The notes beneath the pieces are model-generated. The model was given only the letters and a program-made list of their open reading frames with translations. It was not told the origin of the DNA and made no database searches. This document shows, piece by piece, positions 6,390 through 12,074 of a DNA stretch of 12,074 nt. Each line of letters opens with the position of its first letter. Position 1 is the first letter of the stretch. Source of the DNA: Myxococcota bacterium (GTDB taxonomy: Bacteria > Myxococcota_A > UBA796 > GCA-2862545); NCBI GenBank assembly GCA_039208735.1, contig JBCCQY010000220.1:1-12074 (forward strand). The letters are read 5' to 3'. The translations under genes and the position numbers were made by a program.

Positions 6390-7745
6390 ATGTCCGTGCG
6401 CACCGCGATCGCCGTTGTCGTCGGGGCCAGTTCTGCCGCCGTACTTGCCGCTGCTGTGTCGGTGGCTGGCTGGGTGCTGAACTGGCCGCCCATGGTGGCA
6501 GGCGTTGTCTGCGCGGCCTTCCTCATCATCGCGACGTGCCTCACGGGCGCCCTGGTGGGATTGGCCATCGCTCGTCCAGTGACTTCGCAGCGCCTCCCGG
6601 CTCCGGTCGAAACCGCCCGCATGGTTGCCGCGAACGCGGAGACCCCATCGATCCCGCTCCGCCAGGCCACGCCATCGCAGCCCCCAAGGGCCTGGGCGAC
6701 CTTTGAAGATCGAGCCACGGACGTCGATGAGGACGCCCAGGTCCCTCCCAATACGATCGCAGCCCTGCATCGGGCCCTCGAGCGGCTCGCCAAAGGCCAG
6801 TTCACCGACCTGCATGACGCGACCGCACCGTTGCCCGACGCGTTGACCGATGCCCTCACGAGGGCCGCGGACCGATGGCAAGAAGACCGTCGCATGGCCC
6901 ACGAGCGGATCGAACGGCTACGAAAGGCTCGCGAAAAGGACTCCGAGGAACGGGAGACGTTCCGCAAGGCCATGCAGAACCTATCGGACGAAGTCACCGC
7001 ATCAACCCAGGTTCGCGACGCATTTCTCTCCCGCATGAGCCACGAGCTTCGCACGCCCCTCAACGCGATTCTTGGCTACATCGAAATGCTCGACGAGGAC
7101 CTCGAAGATGAGGATCTTCGTGGCGATGTGCATCGAATTCGCTCGAGTGCGGCCAATTTGTTGGGGACCATCACCGCGGTGCTTGACCTCACCCAGCTCG
7201 AGTCCGGTGCCTACAGCGTCCTGCCCCAAGAGGTCGACCTCGATGGCCTGGTACGAGAGGTCGAACGGGCCGTCAACGCCGAGGCGGTACGCAATGGCAA
7301 CGCACTCGAGGTTCGAGTGATGCCCGGCGTCGGAGCAAACCTTGACCGACGCATGGTGCACTCGATCCTGCTCAACCTGCTTTCCAATGCCTGCAAATAC
7401 ACCAAGAACGGCACGGTGAAGCTGCTGGTGGCGGAGGTGGATAATCGCGTGCGCATCCTGGTCACGGACACGGGCATCGGCATGACCCCTCGGCAGATCG
7501 AAGCGGCCCTCACTCCGTTTTCACAGGCCGACGACTCGAGCACCCGCCGCTACGACGGCACGGGACTGGGCCTTTCGGTGGTGCACGGCTTCGTCGAAGC
7601 CATGGGCGGCACCTTGGGAATCACCAGCCAGCCTGGCCACGGGGCCACCGTTGACGTGGAGCTGCCCCGCGACTGTGCCCACATCGTGAGCGACGCCGAA
7701 AACCCGAACCTCCTCGACGAGCAGCCAACGATGCTAGCCCGCTAA
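6390..7745 (+). CDS. Membrane sensor histidine kinase (2 TM, HAMP-like, HisKA, HATPase_c; 451 aa)
   Basis: H-box FLSRMSHELRTPLNAILGY (His218), N-box NLLSNACKYT, G1 DTGIGM, F-box region PFSQAD, G2 GTGLGL; two N-terminal hydrophobic helices; no receiver domain. Confidence 0.95.
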   Translation: MSVRTAIAVVVGASSAAVLAAAVSVAGWVLNWPPMVAGVVCAAFLIIATCLTGALVGLAIARPVTSQRLPAPVETARMVAANAETPSIPLRQATPSQPPRAWATFEDRATDVDEDAQVPPNTIAALHRALERLAKGQFTDLHDATAPLPDALTDALTRAADRWQEDRRMAHERIERLRKAREKDSEERETFRKAMQNLSDEVTASTQVRDAFLSRMSHELRTPLNAILGYIEMLDEDLEDEDLRGDVHRIRSSAANLLGTITAVLDLTQLESGAYSVLPQEVDLDGLVREVERAVNAEAVRNGNALEVRVMPGVGANLDRRMVHSILLNLLSNACKYTKNGTVKLLVAEVDNRVRILVTDTGIGMTPRQIEAALTPFSQADDSSTRRYDGTGLGLSVVHGFVEAMGGTLGITSQPGHGATVDVELPRDCAHIVSDAENPNLLDEQPTMLAR

Positions 7746-9119
7746 CTGGCGACGCCCAAACCACCGGGCCCACCAACCGCGGACCAGCGACCGCACGAGC
7801 GCCCAGGCGGGTCCCCAGGACCGAGCTCGGACCGTGGCCCGAACGAGATCAGGCAGCGCGGCCGAAAGCGGCTCGAGGTCCGGATCGAGTTCGCGAAGCA
7901 CCCCGTCGAGGGTGGCGAGTCCACGAATGAGTTGCAAATCCTGGGGCCGAACTCGGAGATCGTGGGTTCGGACGATCGACAGGACGCGCTCGATGGCGTC
8001 GGCCATGGCGATCTCGCCGAGAGGACGGCGCCGCACTTCGTCGACGAGTTCCGCAACGTCCCGGCCGAACGCCTTGCGATCGACATCGGCCCTGGCTTCC
8101 ACCATGCCCAGCACGGCCTCCGCCAGCGCTTCGACGTCGCGCCGGGTTGCCGCTGACAACACCTCGAAGATGCGATCGCGAAGGTCCTCGGGCACTTCTC
8201 CCACCGAACCCAGATCGTAGTACCCCAGGCGGCCGTCCTCGGCGCAAACCACATTCCCGGGATGGGCATCGGCGTGAAAGATGCCGCCCACCAACATTTG
8301 GTGGACAAAGCTCGAAAGGAGCGCCCGAGCCAACCTCCGCCGCTCGGCGGGTTCTTCGACATGGGTGATCGGCGTGCCAGGCAAGTAGCGCATCGTGATC
8401 ACGCCGGGCCCGGTAAGCGCATCGATGATCTCGGGAACATGAGCATGGTCGGCGACGACGCTCCGAAACCGTTTCGCCGCCGCCGCCTCCCGCGCCACAT
8501 CCAGCTCGGCCATCAGCTCTTCCCCGAATCGATCCACCAACGCCCGGGGCTCAAACCGCGACGCCTCCTCGATCCGCCGTTCCACCTGGTCGGCCAGCAA
8601 CCGCAGCAGCTCGAGGTCCTGGTCGATCTGCGTGGCGATGCCCGGGCGATGAACCTTGATCACGACATCGTCACCGTCCGGGGTCGTGGCCCGATGCACC
8701 TGAGCGATCGATGCAGCGGCCAACGGGGTCGGATCGATGGAAGCGAACCGCCGCAGCGCAGGGGCTCCAAGCCCCCCCTCGATCTGATCGAGCACCGCCT
8801 GAAATGGGACCGTCGGCACCTGACTACGCAGCGTGGCCAGCGGCTCGGTGAAGGTCTCGGGCAGCACGTCGGTTCGCGTCGACAGGGCCTGACCAAGCTT
8901 CACGTAGGTGGGGCCTAGCTCAGCGAGCACCTGGACGAAACGGCGCCCCCACACGGCGGCATCGTGTCGGTAGGTGAGGCCGAGTGAACTCGAGCCCGAC
9001 CGATCGAACGCGATCTGCTCAACCAACGAACCGAAGCCATGTTTCGCGAATACGCGCAGGATCTGCTGTACGCGGGTGAGCGATGACCACGTCCACCCTT
9101 CCCGACCCGGCTTATCCAT
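7734..9119 (-). CDS. ABC1/AarF/UbiB-family atypical kinase (about 461 aa)
   Basis: KHGFG N-terminus, LGPTYVKLGQALSTRTDVLP (KxGQ), A-rich loop PLAAASIAQVHRA, VVIKVHRPG, ELD..REA, FHADAHPGN, DLG. Start placed at ATG 9119 because upstream starts run into the divergent oxidoreductase; exact start uncertain. Confidence 0.9.
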   Translation of the reverse strand: MDKPGREGWTWSSLTRVQQILRVFAKHGFGSLVEQIAFDRSGSSSLGLTYRHDAAVWGRRFVQVLAELGPTYVKLGQALSTRTDVLPETFTEPLATLRSQVPTVPFQAVLDQIEGGLGAPALRRFASIDPTPLAAASIAQVHRATTPDGDDVVIKVHRPGIATQIDQDLELLRLLADQVERRIEEASRFEPRALVDRFGEELMAELDVAREAAAAKRFRSVVADHAHVPEIIDALTGPGVITMRYLPGTPITHVEEPAERRRLARALLSSFVHQMLVGGIFHADAHPGNVVCAEDGRLGYYDLGSVGEVPEDLRDRIFEVLSAATRRDVEALAEAVLGMVEARADVDRKAFGRDVAELVDEVRRRPLGEIAMADAIERVLSIVRTHDLRVRPQDLQLIRGLATLDGVLRELDPDLEPLSAALPDLVRATVRARSWGPAWALVRSLVRGWWARWFGRRQLAG

Positions 9120-9129
9120 GGCCAGCACG

Positions 9130-9135
9130 TATGAT
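9130..9135 (+). promoter_or_regulatory. Putative sigma70 -10 box for a leaderless transcript
   Basis: TATGAT followed by 6 nt and ATG 9142; no SD upstream of that ATG; no convincing -35 box seen. Confidence 0.5.
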
Positions 9136-9141
9136 GGTCGC

Positions 9142-11277
9142 ATGAGCCTGTCTGCATCCTCCGAAGCCATCGCCACGTGTGCCCTTTGTGAAGCGATGTG
9201 TGGCATTCGCGTCACCCTCGAGAACGGCCGTCCCACGGGCGTTCGTGGCGATCCAGACGATCCCTTTTCGCAGGGCCACATTTGCCCAAAAGCCACCGCG
9301 ATGGTCGACCTTCAAAACGATCCCGACCGACTCCGTCACCCGCTCAAGAAAACGGACCACGGCTTTGTCCGCGTGGGCTGGGAGGAGGCCCTCGACGAGA
9401 TCGCAGACCGGACTCACGCGATTCAAGAGGCCCACGGGCGGGACAGCATCGCGGCGTACCTTGGCAACCCCAACGCCCACAACACCTCGTCGATGCTCTA
9501 TGGCCCGACCTTTTTGCGCACGCTTCGCACGCGAAACAAGTTCTCTGCGACGTCGCTCGACCAGCTGCCCCACATGGTCGCGTCGAGCTTGATGCTCGGC
9601 CACGAACTTCTGTTGCCGGTTCCCGATCTGGACCGCGCCGATCTGCTCTTCATCATTGGTGGAAACCCTGCGGTCTCCAACGGCAGCATTATGACCGCTC
9701 CCAATGTCAAACGCCGGATTTCCGCCATCGCCGAACGCGGCACGGTGGTGGTCATCGACCCCCGGCGCACCGAAACCGCACGGCTCGCAACGCAGCACGC
9801 ACCGATTCGACCCGGCACCGATGCCTGGCTCCTTCTTGGCTTGCTGCGAGCAATTCTCGACGAAGGACCGCCTCAACTGCATCACCTCGCTCCTCACGTG
9901 GAGGGACTCGATGCGGTGGCCGCCCTTGCCCAGACCGTCGACCTCGATCGGGTCGCGCGTCAAACCACGATCGACGTCGACACGTTGCGCAACTGGGCCC
10001 GCATGCTTCGGAACACCGAACGCGCCGCGGTCTACGCCCGGTTGGGCGCCTGCGCGCAGCCCCAAGGCGGCCTCGTCGGATGGTTGTTGCTCGTGGTCAA
10101 TGCGGTGACCGGGCACCTCGACCGTCCCGGTGGACTCATGGTCACCGACCCTGCTGCCGACGTGCTTTTCCCCCCCGGAACCCCACGAAAGTCGCGCCGA
10201 AAGCTTGGGCGTTGGCACTCTCGGGTTCGGGAACTGCCGGAGTTCGGTGGAGAACTACCCACCTCCACGCTCGTCGAAGAGATCCTCACGCCGGGAGAGG
10301 GCCAAATCCGTGGGCTCTTCGTGTGGGCCGGCAACCCCGTGCTCTCGGCCCCGAATGGACGGGCCCTTGACCAGGCCCTCGACACGCTTGACTTGTGCGT
10401 GAGCGTAGATCTCTACGTCAACGAAACGGGTCGTCACGCCGACTTCGTCTTGCCCGCCCTCCCTCCGCTTTCGAGGGACCATTACGACCTAGTGTTCAAC
10501 GCTTTGGCCATTCGCAACACCGCGAAGTTCGTTCCTGCGGTGGTGCCGGTCGACGGTGAGGAACGGAGCGACGGGGCCATCGGTCTTGGCCTGGCCGAAC
10601 GCCTCACCGCCCGCCGGGGTGAACCAACCTGGCGGCTCCGCATGTCGCGCTGGCTTGGGGTGCGCGGCCAGCTCGAAGCCATGCTCCGACTCGGCCCCTA
10701 CGGCCTCCGCAAGGGATTCGGGGGCCTTTCGCTCGCAGCTCTGAAGAAACAGCCTCACGGCATCGACCTCGGACCCCTTCGATCGTCGCTGCTCGAACGC
10801 ATGCCCCGCGAGACCCTGGACCTCGCTCCGAAGCCCTTCATGGAGGGTGCACAAGCCCTGATCGAGGCACCAGACGCCGCCCTTGGCGAAACCTTGCTCA
10901 TCGGGCGCCGCCACCTGCGCAGCAACAACAGCTGGCTGCACAACCAAACGCGGCTCGTCAAAGGCAAGTCGCGCTGCACCCTTCTCGTTCACCCCGACGA
11001 TGCGAAGCGCTGGGGACTCGCCACCGACGACCTCGCGGCCGTGACGTCCGCGGTCGGTGAGGTCCAGGTGCCCGTCGAAGTGAGCGACGAGATCATGCCC
11101 GGCGTGGTGAGCCTGCCCCATGGCTGGGGCCACGACCGGCCGGGCGTGACCTGGTCGGTGGCCGAGGCCCATGCAGGGGTCAGCGTCAACGACCTGACCG
11201 ACCCCGCGCACGTCGAACCGCTTGCGGGCAACGCGGTCCTTAATGGGGTGCCGGTGACGGTCTCGGCGGCCGGTTAA
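9142..11277 (+). CDS. Molybdopterin-dependent oxidoreductase, DMSO reductase superfamily, uncharacterised subgroup (about 711 aa)
   Basis: N-terminal CX2CX3CX27C-PK [4Fe-4S] motif (9178-9291), DPDRLRHPLKK, GGNPAVSNGS, VVIDPRRTETA, PIRPGTDA, GNPVLSAP, DLYVNETGRHADFVLP, and C-terminal GRRHLRSNNSWLHN...HPDDA...PGVVSLPHGWGH...VSVNDLT. No Tat signal. Start could also be ATG 9118. Confidence 0.94.
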   Translation: MSLSASSEAIATCALCEAMCGIRVTLENGRPTGVRGDPDDPFSQGHICPKATAMVDLQNDPDRLRHPLKKTDHGFVRVGWEEALDEIADRTHAIQEAHGRDSIAAYLGNPNAHNTSSMLYGPTFLRTLRTRNKFSATSLDQLPHMVASSLMLGHELLLPVPDLDRADLLFIIGGNPAVSNGSIMTAPNVKRRISAIAERGTVVVIDPRRTETARLATQHAPIRPGTDAWLLLGLLRAILDEGPPQLHHLAPHVEGLDAVAALAQTVDLDRVARQTTIDVDTLRNWARMLRNTERAAVYARLGACAQPQGGLVGWLLLVVNAVTGHLDRPGGLMVTDPAADVLFPPGTPRKSRRKLGRWHSRVRELPEFGGELPTSTLVEEILTPGEGQIRGLFVWAGNPVLSAPNGRALDQALDTLDLCVSVDLYVNETGRHADFVLPALPPLSRDHYDLVFNALAIRNTAKFVPAVVPVDGEERSDGAIGLGLAERLTARRGEPTWRLRMSRWLGVRGQLEAMLRLGPYGLRKGFGGLSLAALKKQPHGIDLGPLRSSLLERMPRETLDLAPKPFMEGAQALIEAPDAALGETLLIGRRHLRSNNSWLHNQTRLVKGKSRCTLLVHPDDAKRWGLATDDLAAVTSAVGEVQVPVEVSDEIMPGVVSLPHGWGHDRPGVTWSVAEAHAGVSVNDLTDPAHVEPLAGNAVLNGVPVTVSAAG

Positions 11278-11305
11278 GCCGTCCTCCGCTTCAGTGGAGA
11301 TGCCC

Positions 11306-12074
11306 GTGACGGCCCGCTTCGGTTCCCTGCTTGCCCTCGTCGCCCTGGCGGCGTGCGGTCCCAAGAACGTTCGAGACATCGTAGGCCAGCCCATTGCGGA
11401 CCATGCGGCACGCATCGCCGTGGCCGAACCCATGTTCCTGAATGCGCGGCTTCAGCAACAGGAAGAAGGTCCAAAGACGGACATGGACGTGTGGCGTTCG
11501 AACACGTGGGTCGGACGCATCTGGTTTGGGGGCGGGTACGACCTCATCCCCGAAGAGGGCGACCAGATCCGATCCATCGACGTGACCCTCGACGAAAACG
11601 AAGCGTTTACCGAGCAAGTGCGTCAATGGGTGAAGGACGTTTCACCCGTCATTCTTGCAGATGCTGGGTACGAGCTCGCCTCGCCGGTTGGCGAAGTCCA
11701 GTTTTCGACCCCCGAGCGTCGTGAACAGCGAGGCACCATCGAGTTCGATGGCAAAGACAACGTGAACCTGCCGCGCTTCGATCTGGTTCCTGGTCCTCCC
11801 ATTTCGCCCGGCGTGAAGACCGATGCCGATGCCATCTTCGTTCCTGTGGTGGTCAGCTACTACGCCCACAACGCGGGGTGGTTCATCGGCCAGGAAGACG
11901 GCAGTTGGGGGGGCGCTCGATTGCGCTTGTACTGGAGCCTGGTGGCGCCGGATGACGGCCAGGTGCTGGGATGGGGCGAAGTCGGGACGCGCATCGATGA
12001 AATGCGGCTTGCCTCGCCGAACCGCCAGCAACAACAAGATCTGCTGCTGACGGTGGAGGCGGAAGCGGCAGAAC
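11306..12074 (+). CDS. Lipoprotein of unknown function, 3' truncated by window edge (absent from the ORF track)
   Basis: My translation shows the frame open from ATG 11300/GTG 11306 to the window end: (M)TARFGSLLALVALAAC-GPKNVRDIVGQP...; Arg, hydrophobic core and lipobox LAAC (Cys codon 11354-11356); GGAG SD 6 nt before GTG 11306. Confidence 0.88.
   Translation, partial: MTARFGSLLALVALAACGPKNVRDIVGQPIADHAARIAVAEPMFLNARLQQQEEGPKTDMDVWRSNTWVGRIWFGGGYDLIPEEGDQIRSIDVTLDENEAFTEQVRQWVKDVSPVILADAGYELASPVGEVQFSTPERREQRGTIEFDGKDNVNLPRFDLVPGPPISPGVKTDADAIFVPVVVSYYAHNAGWFIGQEDGSWGGARLRLYWSLVAPDDGQVLGWGEVGTRIDEMRLASPNRQQQQDLLLTVEAEAAE

Noticed and set aside
6042..7063. 286-aa and 312-aa minus-strand ORFs over the kinase and ferredoxin
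   Set aside because: Overlap two well-supported genes and have no motifs.
8974..9296. Long mutual head-to-head overlap of kinase and oxidoreductase ORFs, including an RR pair (NTRRIC) that could suggest a Tat signal
   Set aside because: Both extensions overlap the conserved N-terminus of the opposite gene; the RR has no Tat consensus or hydrophobic region.
9112..10370. 368-aa minus and 390-aa plus alternative-frame ORFs within the oxidoreductase
   Set aside because: Fully overlap a well-supported gene; compositions (antisense-type or Arg/Pro-rich) are typical of non-coding frames in GC-rich DNA.
11907..11913. G7 tract in the lipoprotein (also C7 at 10170-10176 in the oxidoreductase)
   Set aside because: Both are in frame and short; expected in GC-rich DNA, insufficient for a phase-variation claim.
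1..12074. CRISPR arrays, tRNA/rRNA, transposases, integrases, tandem repeats
   Set aside because: None seen; the longest intergenic gap is 152 bp and the composition looks uniform by eye.

Overview
High-GC bacterial chromosomal segment, almost fully coding, with no mobile element, CRISPR array or RNA gene that I can support. Left to right: the 3' part of an Rrf2-family regulator translationally coupled to sufB-sufC-sufD-sufS (no sufA/E/U/T after sufS); a convergent minus-strand unit of a 7Fe FdxA-type ferredoxin followed by a stand-alone HDOD protein; a divergent orphan membrane histidine kinase; a convergent ABC1/UbiB-family atypical kinase; and, head-to-head with it across only 22 bp, an uncharacterised cytoplasmic [4Fe-4S]/molybdopterin oxidoreductase followed by a lipoprotein that runs off the window and is missing from the ORF track. 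Most gene families are well known. The features most worth following up are: the ferredoxin-HDOD pair with a near-complete HD metal-ligand set; an IscR-type-1-like palindrome upstream of the ferredoxin; a similar stop-codon/anti-SD hairpin motif at two unrelated gene junctions; a likely leaderless promoter in the 22-bp spacer; and a kinase whose HAMP-like domain is separated from its membrane helices. These functional readings are inferences from motif recognition by eye; no searches were run.
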